Shown here: one piece after another, positions 8,513-18,855 of the stretch
Layout of the letters: every line of letters begins with the position of its first letter
Position numbering within the stretch: the stretch's first letter is position 1
Assembly: GCA_965248925.1 (NCBI GenBank)
Contig: CBDFLE010000005.1
Coordinates: 2,144,001-2,208,000, forward strand
DNA from: Candidatus Multivoradales bacterium
GTDB taxonomy: Bacteria > Acidobacteriota > Thermoanaerobaculia > Multivoradales > J023
Length of the DNA stretch: 64,000 nucleotides
Reading direction: 5' to 3'
Notes under the pieces: model-generated
Database searches by the model: none
The model's input: the letters and a program-made list of their open reading frames with translations, nothing else
What the model was told of the DNA's origin: nothing
Program-made: the position numbers and the translations under genes

Positions 8513-10832
8513 CGACAAGTCCTTTCGCGTCGTCTTCTTGGCGGTGCCCGAGCATGAGGATCGCCGGTACCAGTAGAAAGTCAACCGCCAGTGCGGCGAG
8601 AATGGTGAGAGCAGTGAGCAGCCCCATCTCCGAATTGATCCGAAAGGTCGAGGCGGCAAGCACGGCGAAACCGACCGAGAGCACCACCGTGGTGATGACT
8701 ATCGGTTTGCCGACGGTGGCAAAGGCGTAGTGAATTGCTTGCGGTATCGGCAGCCCTTTCTCGCGCCGAGCGCGCCGGTATTTGGTCAAGAAATGAACCG
8801 TATCGTCAACCACGATGCCCAGCGAGGTGCTGGTCACGGTAGCCGCCGCCATTCCGACCTGGCCTACAAATATAGCCCAAAAGCCAAAAGCCATGAGGAT
8901 CGGCACTGCATTCGATACCAGGCTTAGGGCCGCCAATCCGCGGCTGCGCAAGGCCAGCAACATGATACCTCCGATCAGCAACACGGCAAGGACGTTGCCG
9001 CGCAGCATGCTCTGGATATTGCGCTTCGAGATGTGGGAGAACATAACCACCGGACCGGTGCCCTTGGCCTGCATGGTCGGCGGCACCTGGTCCACCAGCC
9101 ACTGCTCCGCGCGGTCGACGAAGGCGCGGGTGTCGACCGTCGACAGATCCGCCAAGGTCACCGTGACTCGGGTCGCCGACTTGTCGAGGCTGATGCGGTC
9201 GTTCAGATCGAGACCGTAAGGCAGGGACAACTCGTAGAGCAGTAGATACTGCGCCGCCAATCTTGAATCTCCAGGCAGACGGTACCAAGACGGGTCGTCG
9301 CCGTGCAGGTTCTTGTTGAGCCGGCGGACGATATCGGCGTAGCTGAAAACATGGCGCACTTCCGGCTGCTCGCGCAACCACTCGGCAAAGGCCGAGAGAT
9401 GGCGCAGATATCGCGGCTCACTGATGCCCTCCGGCTGACCTGAAGGCAAAGGGAAGTCGACCACGTAGACGCCGCTCAGATTCTCGACCACGAACTCGGT
9501 GTCGTTGCGGAAGTCCGTTCGGCGATCAAAGTACTTGGTCCACTCGTCGTTGAGCTCGATGGTCGGCACCAGCGCTAACAGCACGAGCGACAAGACCCCC
9601 ATGAAAATCAGCATCGGCCGATGGCGAGTCGTTACCCAACGGCCCAGGCGCTCCAGCCAGGTATCGAGCCCAGAGGGGCGCGCCACCCGAGTCATCTTCA
9701 TCGGCAACAGGCATACCAGAGCCGGTAGCAGGGTCATCGACAGTAGCCAAGCAGAACCGATGCCGAAAGCTGTGATATTGCCCAGGTGCCAAAAAGGAGG
9801 CGTGTCCGAGAAATTCAAGGTCAGGAAGCCGACGATGGTGGTCAGACTGGTGATCGAGACCGCCATGAAGTTGATCCGGAAGCTCTCCCGCAACGCAGAG
9901 ATCTTCTCCAGCCCCGAGCGTTGGAGAGTCCGCATCGAAAGCAGGATATGCACACTGTCGGCGATCGCCAGAGTGAGAATGATGGTCGGAGCCATCAACG
10001 AAAGGGGGCTGAGTCTGATGCCTACCCAGCCAGCAAAACCGAGCGCGGCCAGGGTTGAGAATGCAATCACCACCAGCGTTGCCAGCGTGCCCCCTATCGA
10101 ACGCAGAGTGATCAACATCCCCAGGATCAAGACCAGATACATGAAAGGCACCAGGGTCATGGCGTCGTTTTGGCCCGATTCGGCAAACGCATTGTTGAGC
10201 ATCGTGACGCCGGAAATCGCCACCTGCAAACGCGGATAGTCCGCCTCCAGATCGGCCGCGATCTGGCGCGCGGCGGCGGCGGCGGCGGGTACCTCTGAGA
10301 GGCTCAACTGCGGGAACTGCAAGGTCACGTTGACCCCGGTGGTGCGCCCATCGAGAGACACCAACTTGCCCCGCAACAGCGGCTCGGCAAACACCACCTC
10401 GCGCCGCGCGGCGAGCTCTTCCGACGACATCATCGCCGCGTCGCGAATCAGATCCTCCACCGTCAAGTCATCGCCATCCGCCCAACTGTGTTGAAAGTTG
10501 GTCAGCGAATCGACCCGCGAGGTAAACGGGATCTGCCAAGACTCGGTGGTCAGTCGCTCAATCGCCGATGCCACCTCGGGGGTGAAGACATCGCCTTCCT
10601 CGGGTCGCAGGGCGAACAAGATGTTGTCGGTCTTGGTGTAGGTGTCCTGCAGCGCCTCGAAGGCCGCCAGTTCCGGATTGCCTTCACTGAAAAAGTCCTT
10701 GTAGTTGTTCGACATCTCGAGCAAACGGACGCCGCTACCAACAGCCAGCACCCCGGCTATCGCTACCCCGATCACCCACCAAGGGCGCCGGGCGATGAAG
10801 TCAAATAGGCGCAGCGTCAATCGATCGGTCAT
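8481..10832 (-). CDS. MMPL/RND-family transporter
   Basis: Two repeats of TM + periplasmic domain + TM bundle; LAIADSVH and LGIVVDDTVHF motifs. Confidence 0.92.
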   Translation of the reverse strand: MTDRLTLRLFDFIARRPWWVIGVAIAGVLAVGSGVRLLEMSNNYKDFFSEGNPELAAFEALQDTYTKTDNILFALRPEEGDVFTPEVASAIERLTTESWQIPFTSRVDSLTNFQHSWADGDDLTVEDLIRDAAMMSSEELAARREVVFAEPLLRGKLVSLDGRTTGVNVTLQFPQLSLSEVPAAAAAARQIAADLEADYPRLQVAISGVTMLNNAFAESGQNDAMTLVPFMYLVLILGMLITLRSIGGTLATLVVIAFSTLAALGFAGWVGIRLSPLSLMAPTIILTLAIADSVHILLSMRTLQRSGLEKISALRESFRINFMAVSITSLTTIVGFLTLNFSDTPPFWHLGNITAFGIGSAWLLSMTLLPALVCLLPMKMTRVARPSGLDTWLERLGRWVTTRHRPMLIFMGVLSLVLLALVPTIELNDEWTKYFDRRTDFRNDTEFVVENLSGVYVVDFPLPSGQPEGISEPRYLRHLSAFAEWLREQPEVRHVFSYADIVRRLNKNLHGDDPSWYRLPGDSRLAAQYLLLYELSLPYGLDLNDRISLDKSATRVTVTLADLSTVDTRAFVDRAEQWLVDQVPPTMQAKGTGPVVMFSHISKRNIQSMLRGNVLAVLLIGGIMLLALRSRGLAALSLVSNAVPILMAFGFWAIFVGQVGMAAATVTSTSLGIVVDDTVHFLTKYRRARREKGLPIPQAIHYAFATVGKPIVITTVVLSVGFAVLAASTFRINSEMGLLTALTILAALAVDFLLVPAILMLGHRQEDDAKGLVDEDIALAKAS

Positions 10833-10981
10833 ACTTCAGACTCCCACAAGGCGTTCCTGGCGGCTGACATTGGTGACCTGTAGCAGAGGTTCCATCGAGC
10901 CTCTGCGTGGCCGCGACGCCCAATGAACACAACTGATTGCTCCAGCGCTGGGTCGGGTTCGAATCTTCGGACTCTCAGCAT
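10829..10981 (-). pseudogene. Degenerate TetR-family regulator remnant
   Basis: MLRVRRFEPDPALEQSVVFIGRRGHAEA then (frameshift) SMEPLLQVTNVSRQ aligns to a TetR HTH. The rest is deleted; the stop overlaps the MMPL ATG. Confidence 0.65.
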
Positions 10982-10987
10982 GACTCG

Positions 10988-11016
10988 AATATGACCATTC
11001 TGAAATCTGCGGTCAA
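10988..11016 (-). promoter_or_regulatory. Sigma70-like promoter overlapped by a TetR-type operator
   Basis: Minus strand TTGACC-17bp-CATATT, with dyad TGACC-N14-GGTCA at 10992-11015. Confidence 0.6.
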
Positions 11017-11179
11017 GCCTCTACCCGCTGGGATGAATCGCGGAATGGCTGAAACCCAAGCCCGCGGTCAGCGTAGGGGCGGTAGAACCGATCTACTGCT
11101 GAGCTGCCGCCCTTCCTGCCACGGAGCCGGCAAGCTAACCGCAACAGCAGCGGCAGCGTCTAATCGGTGAAAGGACCCA

Positions 11180-13606
11180 ATGACGATGACAAAAAACTGG
11201 ACCCGAGACGTTCGCCATGCCCTCCGCGCCCTGCTTCGCAATCCCAGCTTCGCCCTGGTGGCGATCGGCACCTTGGGGCTCGCCATCGGCGCCAACGCTG
11301 GGATCTTCTGCGTTGTCCAGACGGTGCTGCTCGATCCACTGCCGTTCGCCAACACCGACCGTCTGGTGTATATCGCCGCTTCGGCGCCGGGCTCCGACTT
11401 CCCCGAGGAATTCCCGGCGGCGGCAGAGTTCTTCGTCCAGTACCAGGAGCAGAGCAATCTGCTGCAAGACATCTCGACCTACAACTCCTTCACCAGCACC
11501 CTGCGGGCCGAGGATCGGATCGAGAGGATCAGGATGTCCTCGCCCACCTCGACACTGTTCAGCACCCTCGGGGTGACCCCGATCCACGGCCGCATGCCGA
11601 TGGCCGAAGACGGCGATGAAGTAGTGGTGATCAGCCACGCGCTGTGGACCTCTTGGTTCGCCTCCGACCCCGAGGTCATCGGTCGGAGCTACTACGTGTC
11701 GGGGCAACAGCGCACCGTGATCGGCATCATGGGGCCCAAATTCTGGTTCCCGACCGACGACACCTTGCTGTGGTTTCCGCGGGTCATTCGCCCCGAGGAA
11801 ATCCGCCCTGGCCGCTTTGGCCAGCCTTTGGTGGCCCGTCTGGCGCCGGGCGCCACAGCGGAAGCGTTGGCCACCGAACTGCAAGGCCTCGCCCTCCGCC
11901 TGCCAGAGCGATTTGGTAGCTCGGCTTCCTATGACCGGGTGATCGAACAACACCGCCCGGTGGTGCGATCGCTCAATGAGCAGCTTCTCGGCTCGATCTC
12001 CGGCCCGCTGTGGATCTTGCTCGGTTCGATGGCTATCGTCTTGATGATCGCCTGCGCCAGCGTCGCCAACCTATTCATGGTCCGCGCCGAGCGCCGGCTA
12101 CCTGACTTGGCCGTGCGCCGCGCCTTGGGCGCCGATCGTGGGCGCTTGATTTTCTCCATGTTGACCGAAGCGGCGGTCGTCGCCGGTCTGGCGGGGACAC
12201 TGGCAGTCGCCCTCGCCTGGGCCGGGGTACCGCTGCTGCTGAGCGCCGCGCCGGCTAACCTGCCGCGCCTCGGCGAGGTCGCGATCAGGCCCGGTACGCT
12301 GCTCTTCACCTTTTTACTCTGCGCCTACTGCGCTCTGGTCTGCGGCCTGGTGCCGGCCATCCGTTTCTCGGCACCGAGCCTGATGCAGCTGCGCCAGGGA
12401 GGGCGCGGCTCGATGCGGCGCCGCTGGGGACGCAACGGCCTGGTGATCGCCCAGACCGCGCTGGCCCTGGTGCTGTTGATCGGTTCGGCCCTGCTGCTGC
12501 GAAGTTTCGACAAGTTGCGCCATGTCGATCCCGGTTACGACACCAAAGACATCTTCACCTTCCAGATCGCTCCCGACAGCGAAGAACTCCACGACGCCCC
12601 GACTTTCGCCCGCTTCCATTTGTCGTTCATGGATCGGGTGGCGGCGTTGCCAGGGATCGAGCGAGTGGGCATCGTCGAGAATGTGCCGTTGAACGAAGGT
12701 CTCTCCACCCACCGTTTCCGCACCCCGGACGGTAGTAGAGAAGAAGGCACCGGCACCCTGCTGAGTTACACCTGGGCGGCGGGAGAGTATTTTCGCAGCA
12801 TGGGCATCGACGTCCTGAGCGGTCGAGCCTTCACCCGCGCCGACCATGAGACCGAGTTCGGCAACATAATGATCAGCCGCTCAGCGGCCGCCCTGTTGTG
12901 GCCTGGCGAAGATCCGGTGGGCAAGCGTCTCCAGCCGGAGAGTTTAGAGCAGTGGGAGACCGTGGTCGGAGTAGTCGAAGACGTTCTGCAATACGGCTTT
13001 CGCCAAGCAGCAGAGCCGATGCTCTACTTCTCATTGGTCGGTCAGGATCCGGAGAATCGGCGCACCCTCTCCTCCCCCGCCTATGTCGTCAAGACCCCGC
13101 GGGCCGAACAGATCGCCCCCGAGATCCGCGCCCTGGTGCGCGAACTCGCCCCCTCCGCTCCGATGTACCGCATGTACACCATGGAGGGCCTGGCCGCCGA
13201 GTCGATGCTACAGCTCTCCTTCGCCACCCTGACCATCGGCTTGGCCTCAGTGCTGGCCTTGATCCTCGGCATCGTCGGGCTCTACGGCGTCCTCTCCTAT
13301 GCCGTCGCCGAACGCACCCGCGAGATCGGCCTGCGCATGGCGCTGGGAGCAGCGGCCAGCCGCGTACAGCGAATGATCGTGCAACAGGGAGCGCGAGTGC
13401 TGGTGATTGGCATCGCCATTGGCAGCGTCATCGCCTTCGTCGCCACCAGAGCCCTGGGCAGCTTACTCTTTGACGTCGAAGCCTTCGATTTCGGCACCTA
13501 CCTGGGGGTCTCTGCGCTGATGCTGGTGGTCGGCCTGGCGGCAAGCTACCTGCCGGCCCGGCGAGCGTCGAAAGTCGATCCGATCGTCTCGCTGCGGGCG
13601 GATTGA
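11180..13606 (+). CDS. ADOP-family duplicated MacB/FtsX-type orphan permease
   Basis: RDVRHALRALLRNPSFA start, two MacB_PCD-FtsX repeats, RTREIGLRMALGA, PARRASKVDP end; no ATPase gene nearby. Confidence 0.92.
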   Translation: MTMTKNWTRDVRHALRALLRNPSFALVAIGTLGLAIGANAGIFCVVQTVLLDPLPFANTDRLVYIAASAPGSDFPEEFPAAAEFFVQYQEQSNLLQDISTYNSFTSTLRAEDRIERIRMSSPTSTLFSTLGVTPIHGRMPMAEDGDEVVVISHALWTSWFASDPEVIGRSYYVSGQQRTVIGIMGPKFWFPTDDTLLWFPRVIRPEEIRPGRFGQPLVARLAPGATAEALATELQGLALRLPERFGSSASYDRVIEQHRPVVRSLNEQLLGSISGPLWILLGSMAIVLMIACASVANLFMVRAERRLPDLAVRRALGADRGRLIFSMLTEAAVVAGLAGTLAVALAWAGVPLLLSAAPANLPRLGEVAIRPGTLLFTFLLCAYCALVCGLVPAIRFSAPSLMQLRQGGRGSMRRRWGRNGLVIAQTALALVLLIGSALLLRSFDKLRHVDPGYDTKDIFTFQIAPDSEELHDAPTFARFHLSFMDRVAALPGIERVGIVENVPLNEGLSTHRFRTPDGSREEGTGTLLSYTWAAGEYFRSMGIDVLSGRAFTRADHETEFGNIMISRSAAALLWPGEDPVGKRLQPESLEQWETVVGVVEDVLQYGFRQAAEPMLYFSLVGQDPENRRTLSSPAYVVKTPRAEQIAPEIRALVRELAPSAPMYRMYTMEGLAAESMLQLSFATLTIGLASVLALILGIVGLYGVLSYAVAERTREIGLRMALGAAASRVQRMIVQQGARVLVIGIAIGSVIAFVATRALGSLLFDVEAFDFGTYLGVSALMLVVGLAASYLPARRASKVDPIVSLRAD

Positions 13607-13751
13607 GATCTGCCAAGTGGACTGGATTCTGCGGCCCAAAGGGATAGCCCCCACGGCGATCGATAGAGTCCGAGAAGTCCCGCGAAATCGCCTGCGCCGA
13701 GGCGATGAAGGTCGCCGGGAAGAAAATTTCGCTTGCCTTCGCCAACCATAG

Positions 13752-14258
13752 CTACCCGCTGGATCGTTCCGGGGCCACGCACTCGTTTGCCAGACGCACC
13801 GCGCGGCTGACGAAACTCTCGATACCGGGCGGCAGATCGTTGGGTTCAAACCAGCGAGCTGAGAGGATCTCCCGCCCCAGGTCCAGCTCGCCGCCAGCGA
13901 GGCGGGCGTTGAAAACCACGGTGAGGTGGGAAGGGCGGATCTCGCGGCTGATCAACACCACCGCTCCCAGCTGGCACTTTAAGCCGGTCTCTTCTTCGAG
14001 TTCGCGCACGGCAGCTTGCCCCGGCGTTTCCCCACGACGCAACCAACCTCCCGGCAAACCCCACGGGTTCGGGTTATGGAAGACGTGCTCGAGAAGCAAG
14101 ACGCGGCCCTCCTCATCGAACATCACCACCAGCGCCCCCAGCCGGTGGCGCGGCACCACCAGCGCAGCCGCCAGGGCGAGCAATGACGGCATCGGCGGTC
14201 GTGCTATCCACCGGGCGAGACGCTGCTTGGTGGTTGAAGAAAGCTGAAACAAAGTCAT
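13752..14258 (-). CDS. NUDIX hydrolase
   Basis: Nudix box GGWLRRGETPGQAAVRELEEETGL; ATG 14258 overlaps the GT4 stop. Confidence 0.9.
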   Translation of the reverse strand: MTLFQLSSTTKQRLARWIARPPMPSLLALAAALVVPRHRLGALVVMFDEEGRVLLLEHVFHNPNPWGLPGGWLRRGETPGQAAVRELEEETGLKCQLGAVVLISREIRPSHLTVVFNARLAGGELDLGREILSARWFEPNDLPPGIESFVSRAVRLANECVAPERSSG

Positions 14259-15400
14259 GGAGTCCGCGGAAGGTGGCTCGGCAGCGCCTCTTGATAAATC
14301 GCTCGCCAACGGGCCACGGAGGCCGCCAACGAGCAGGCACGACCACGCTGTTCGGCTGCCGAACGGACGGCCCGTGGATCCTCGCACAGCGCGGCGAGAA
14401 CCGCAGCCGCCAGTCCATCCGCGTCGCCAGGAGCCGCCAAATGGGGGCTGAACTCAGCCATCTGACCCACTTGTGTTCCAGCCACTGGGCAGCCGCAAGC
14501 GGCGGCTTCGAGAATCACCATGCACTGGCTCTCGAAGCGCGAGCTGACCAACAACAATCTCGCTCGGCGGTAAAATGCCGGTAGCCGCTCATGGCTCAGC
14601 GCGCCGTGAAAACGCACCCGACCGCCACAGCCAAGCAAGGCGGCGAGTTCTTCGAGGGTAGCTCGGCACTCCCCCTCCCCCACCAAGTGAAGAACCGCCC
14701 CGGGATGCACTGCGAGCACTGCGGGCAGGGCCTCGAGCAGCGTCCGGTGGTCTTTGACGGCGATCAGCGAGCCCACCGCTAGCAGTGCCGGATCTCCCTC
14801 CAAGGGTGGCTCAGAGGATTCTGGCCGAGTGTTGAAGAGTTCTATATCGATGCCGAGCGGAGCCTGGCGCAGACGCTCACTGGCCACTAGCGAGGCCATC
14901 GACGCAGCGAGCTGCCGCGAACCGACGGTGACTCGCGCCGCGCCGCCCAAAGCCCGCCGAGCAAGCCAACGATTGACTCTGCTGAGTTGGCCGCCGTAAC
15001 CGATCTCGGGCAACCCAACCAACTCACCACCCATCACCGAGGCCACCACCGGCACCCCTAGGCGGCGCCCACTCCACGCCGCCAGCGCACCGGGCTCATG
15101 GATCCACAGGGCATGCAGGATATCGAACGGGCGATGCCGCGCCGCACGCCGCAAACGCCGGTCGGCGGCCGCCAGCAGCGGCAGCCGCGCCAAACCGCGA
15201 TCCTCGGCTCCACCACTGGGGTGTACTTCGGCGCCAGCAACCCTGTAGGGCTGGCGATGGTGGGGATAGCGCAGCGGAAAAACCCGTACCGAATCATGGC
15301 GGGCCAGTTCGCGCACCAGGCCAAGGAGGGCCGGGATACACCAATCATCCTCAGCAGCGCTGAAACCGGGTACCACCAGGCCGATTTCGAGCCGCTTCAC
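14255..15400 (-). CDS. Glycosyltransferase family 4 (GT-B)
   Basis: VGSLIAVKD, SRFESQCMVILEAAACG (EX7E). Confidence 0.92.
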   Translation of the reverse strand: MKRLEIGLVVPGFSAAEDDWCIPALLGLVRELARHDSVRVFPLRYPHHRQPYRVAGAEVHPSGGAEDRGLARLPLLAAADRRLRRAARHRPFDILHALWIHEPGALAAWSGRRLGVPVVASVMGGELVGLPEIGYGGQLSRVNRWLARRALGGAARVTVGSRQLAASMASLVASERLRQAPLGIDIELFNTRPESSEPPLEGDPALLAVGSLIAVKDHRTLLEALPAVLAVHPGAVLHLVGEGECRATLEELAALLGCGGRVRFHGALSHERLPAFYRRARLLLVSSRFESQCMVILEAAACGCPVAGTQVGQMAEFSPHLAAPGDADGLAAAVLAALCEDPRAVRSAAEQRGRACSLAASVARWRAIYQEALPSHLPRTP

Positions 15401-16143
15401 CGGTCATCCCGCCACAACCGCCAGCGCAGTGCCAGCAGCTCACCCAGGGCCCGGCCGACCACCGCGCCACGGGCGCCGGTGGGCTGGCCTGCTAGTCGCG
15501 GATGATGCCGCACCGGCAACTCGCGGATCAGCAGGCCGGCACTCCTCGCTCGCACAAGCCACTCGGCTGAAAACGTGGCGCCAGCCGCCTGGATCCGTGG
15601 CTCGATGGCGGCGAAAGCCTGGCGGTGGATGAGCTTGAAGGCGCAGTTGACATCGCTGGCAGCAACTCCGAAAAGCAGCCTGATCAACAGCGACCAAGTC
15701 TTGCCGAGCAACACCCGAGCAAGCCGATCGGAACGCGGCGCGCGGCGGCCGATGACCATGTCGGCCCAGTCGGCGGCGCTCAAGAAAGCCGGCAGGGCTT
15801 CGAGGTCGAACTGGCCATCGCTGTCCATCGACAGCAACAACCGGTGCCGACCGGCGCGTAAGGCGGTCAGGCAAGCGGCACCGTAGCCGCGGTTTTCCGG
15901 GTGTCTCTCGACTCGCAAGCAGGGATGCCTGTGGATCAACTCGGCCAACACCTCGGCAGTGTTGTCGCTAGAGCCATCGTCAACGACCACGATCTCGAAC
16001 GGTTCGATCACCGCCGCCGCTTGCCGCACCAAAGTGTCGATCAGCCGTGGCAGATTGCCGGCTTCGTTGTAGGCCGGCAAGCAGACCGACAGGCCACCAG
16101 CAGCAGCAGTCAAGGTACTCGGCTCTGAGTGGTCGCTGCCCAC
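15397..16143 (-). CDS. Glycosyltransferase family 2 (polyprenol-phosphate glycosyltransferase-like)
   Basis: CLPAYNE, VVDDGSSD, NRGYG, MDSDGQF, DVNCAFKL. Confidence 0.92.
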   Translation of the reverse strand: MGSDHSEPSTLTAAAGGLSVCLPAYNEAGNLPRLIDTLVRQAAAVIEPFEIVVVDDGSSDNTAEVLAELIHRHPCLRVERHPENRGYGAACLTALRAGRHRLLLSMDSDGQFDLEALPAFLSAADWADMVIGRRAPRSDRLARVLLGKTWSLLIRLLFGVAASDVNCAFKLIHRQAFAAIEPRIQAAGATFSAEWLVRARSAGLLIRELPVRHHPRLAGQPTGARGAVVGRALGELLALRWRLWRDDR

Positions 16144-16148
16144 GGTGT

Positions 16149-17831
16149 CTATTCCGGAAAGCTCAGCGAGTTCACTGGCCGAGCGAGGCCAGCGGGATAC
16201 CCGTTTGCCATTTCGCCAGGCAGCGGGCAGGGAGTTTCAGGTTGAGCGGCGGCGACAGGGCTGGTCGAACTACAGATCTCGAAGTGGCCATAGGTGGAGT
16301 CATCAATCTCGGCGATGAGCCTGAAATCGTGGCGCTGCAACCAGACGGCGAGATGTTCCCTCCGAACCTGATCGTGGGCCAACATACGGCGGATCTGGCG
16401 GTCGATCACCAGGGTCGTCGGGGCGACCTCGTCCACTGCCGCGGCAAAGTTCAGCGGCGGCTGATAGTAGCGGGGATGGCTCTTCACCACCGGCACTACC
16501 CAACTGCGGACGTTGAATTCTTGGAGACCCAGCCAGTAGTCGTGCAAGAGCAGCACCGGGCCGCTATCGGCGGGCAGCTGGCGGCGTAGCTCAGCCGCCA
16601 GCTGCGGCCAGGGGGTGGTATTGGCAGCAGCGCGGTGCAGGCCCGCCACTTGGCTCCCTCCTTCGAGCACCACGGCGAGCGCCGCTGCGATCAAAAAGAG
16701 GCGCCGCCCGCGCTGCCCATTGCGCCACAAGTGCATCACCAGGCTGGCCACCATCAAGGCAACTAGCGGCAAGAAGGCGATGATGTAGTTGATCAATTTG
16801 AGCCAGATCAGCAAGGCGTAGAGGGTGACAAAAACCAAGGTCGGCAAAAGCAACAGCAGAGCGGCACGGTGGCTCTCGCTGCTAGCTGGCAGCGAACCGC
16901 GCCACGCCCTACGGCCAAAGGCGAGGAGACTCGCCGGGATAGCCACCAAGGCCAGCCAGAAACCGGGGCGCAATACCCAACCCCAACCCGCGGCACCGAG
17001 GCCCTGACCATAGCGGTGACGCTCACGCAGCAGATTGTCCAAATACCAGCGCGGATCGAAGAGTTGGAAACGCGGTCCGTAGTCCCGCACTTGCCCCGAC
17101 CATTCCTGCACTCCGCCGAAGACGTAGCCCAAGTAGCCTAGGCACGGCAGAGCAAAGCCAACAGCTAAAGCGGCCAAGACCCGCCAGCCCCGACGTTCTA
17201 CCAGCGCCACCCAACCCAATCCGAGGAGCCAAAAAGCGCCGTAAACATGGCCTAGCGTGGCCAGACCGGCCAGGAGGCCGGCGAGGGTAAATAGCCAACT
17301 GTGCCCGCTATCGTCCGCCCGCAAATAGGCTAGCAACGCCAGCAGGCCCAGCACCGGCACCAGCATGTCGTAGCGGGCGATGCGCGCCAGATCGATCAAC
17401 GGGATACCACTGAGCAAGTAAGGGGTGGTGAGGGTGAGGCGTAGGGTCAGCAACAAAGAGACAGCAACGATTGCCGTCGACGCGTCGAGCAAACGGCGAC
17501 CCAGAGAGTAGGTCAACAGCAGCACAGCGAGGCCGAGAAGCACGGTCTCAAAGCGCGCCTGGAAGAGACCGAGACCGCCGATCTTGAAGCTCGCCGCCAG
17601 CAACAGCGGATGCAGCGGCATGAAACCGTAGTAGCGTCGCTCCATGCCGTGCCAGCCGGCGAAGAGGTCGGAGCCGAACACCCCTTCCTCGGCCAGCTTC
17701 CAGCCCGTGGAGGCTTGCCAAGGTTCGTCCGGATAGACCCGCGGCACGGTGTCGAGATGGGGCAGAGAGACCGCCAGATAGGCCAGCAGCAGGCAGGCGA
17801 GCAGCGCTCGATGAATATGCGGTGTTCTCAA
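16149..17831 (-). CDS. ArnT/PMT-type (GT-C) integral membrane glycosyltransferase
   Basis: DE motif after TM1 (YPDEPW), HPLL, ARYD, multiple TM helices and a periplasmic C-terminal domain. Confidence 0.8.
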   Translation of the reverse strand: MRTPHIHRALLACLLLAYLAVSLPHLDTVPRVYPDEPWQASTGWKLAEEGVFGSDLFAGWHGMERRYYGFMPLHPLLLAASFKIGGLGLFQARFETVLLGLAVLLLTYSLGRRLLDASTAIVAVSLLLTLRLTLTTPYLLSGIPLIDLARIARYDMLVPVLGLLALLAYLRADDSGHSWLFTLAGLLAGLATLGHVYGAFWLLGLGWVALVERRGWRVLAALAVGFALPCLGYLGYVFGGVQEWSGQVRDYGPRFQLFDPRWYLDNLLRERHRYGQGLGAAGWGWVLRPGFWLALVAIPASLLAFGRRAWRGSLPASSESHRAALLLLLPTLVFVTLYALLIWLKLINYIIAFLPLVALMVASLVMHLWRNGQRGRRLFLIAAALAVVLEGGSQVAGLHRAAANTTPWPQLAAELRRQLPADSGPVLLLHDYWLGLQEFNVRSWVVPVVKSHPRYYQPPLNFAAAVDEVAPTTLVIDRQIRRMLAHDQVRREHLAVWLQRHDFRLIAEIDDSTYGHFEICSSTSPVAAAQPETPCPLPGEMANGYPAGLARPVNSLSFPE

Positions 17832-17925
17832 ATGCCCTGTTCCGGCTCTTGCAGTTCACCCCGGCGGTCTGCGGCGACCGTTGGTGCGGCGAATGGAGGA
17901 AGTCTGACCGACGACCAGACTAGCG

Positions 17926-18855
17926 TCAACCGGTGGCTTTGCGGTTGGTGGCCAGCCAGCGGCGCCGCTGAGTGGCGCCCAGCAAGTAGGCCAGGGGATC
18001 GCTCCAGGCATCGTAGCGCAGACTGCGAAACGGACTCGCTGGCGAGCTGGAGCAATCCAAGTGCAGGTCACAGTAGCGCTCGACGCTGAGCTCGAAGAAC
18101 TCCTCCACCAGGCGACCCAGCCGATGTTGACGGGCAGCATACCGGCGCATTCGTAGACAGCGTTGCAAGCTGCCGAGCTGCGACGGATAAGCCGCGAAAG
18201 CCTGGCGAATAACCTCTTCCACCTCCTCGATCGGCAGCGCTCGGTTGGCCACCAGCGGCGTCAACGGTACCTGCACCGGATAAATCCGCAGCTGCTCGAC
18301 CCTCGATTCCCTCTCGCCAAGAGCCACCGCCAGGGCACTCGCCACGGCCAGATGCTCGGGGTGAAAATCCACCCAGCCGGGAGCGTAGAGTAGGTTTGGA
18401 CGGAAATCATCCAACAGCTCGCCAAGACGCTCTACCAGTGTTCCATGGCGCCAGTCGCCCTCCGGAAAGCCCAACCAAAGGAACTTCACATCCAGGCGAT
18501 GGGCAGCTTCCTCGGCCTCGAGACGGCGGTGCCGGGCGGTCTCGTCAGCATCGAGCCCGAGCGCCCGCGAGCGCCGCCCGTCGGTAACCCAAGCCACCGT
18601 CACCTCATCACCAGCACGACGGTGAAGGGTGATCGCACCGGCGCAGCCAGCTACCTCGTCGTCGGGATGGGGGGCTAGGATCAAGACTCTTCGTCCGCCG
18701 CCGAGCGCCGGGGCCGGGGTCGGGCCAGACCTGGAACCAAGACCGAATATCGTCGCCCAGACACCGGTGAAAGCCTCATTAATCGCCCGCCGCAGGCGCC
18801 TCAGCTGCCGGCGTCTAGGGTCGGATTCCATGCGCTCGAGTCGCTCAGATGACAT
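17926..18855 (-). CDS. PIG-L/LmbE-family deacetylase
   Basis: LAPHPDDE, VTDG, R..EA, HPEH motifs. Confidence 0.9.
   Translation of the reverse strand: MSSERLERMESDPRRRQLRRLRRAINEAFTGVWATIFGLGSRSGPTPAPALGGGRRVLILAPHPDDEVAGCAGAITLHRRAGDEVTVAWVTDGRRSRALGLDADETARHRRLEAEEAAHRLDVKFLWLGFPEGDWRHGTLVERLGELLDDFRPNLLYAPGWVDFHPEHLAVASALAVALGERESRVEQLRIYPVQVPLTPLVANRALPIEEVEEVIRQAFAAYPSQLGSLQRCLRMRRYAARQHRLGRLVEEFFELSVERYCDLHLDCSSSPASPFRSLRYDAWSDPLAYLLGATQRRRWLATNRKATG

Noticed and set aside
13607-13751. Possible gene relic between ADOP and Nudix
   Set aside because: Several frames are open but none resembles a family I can name.
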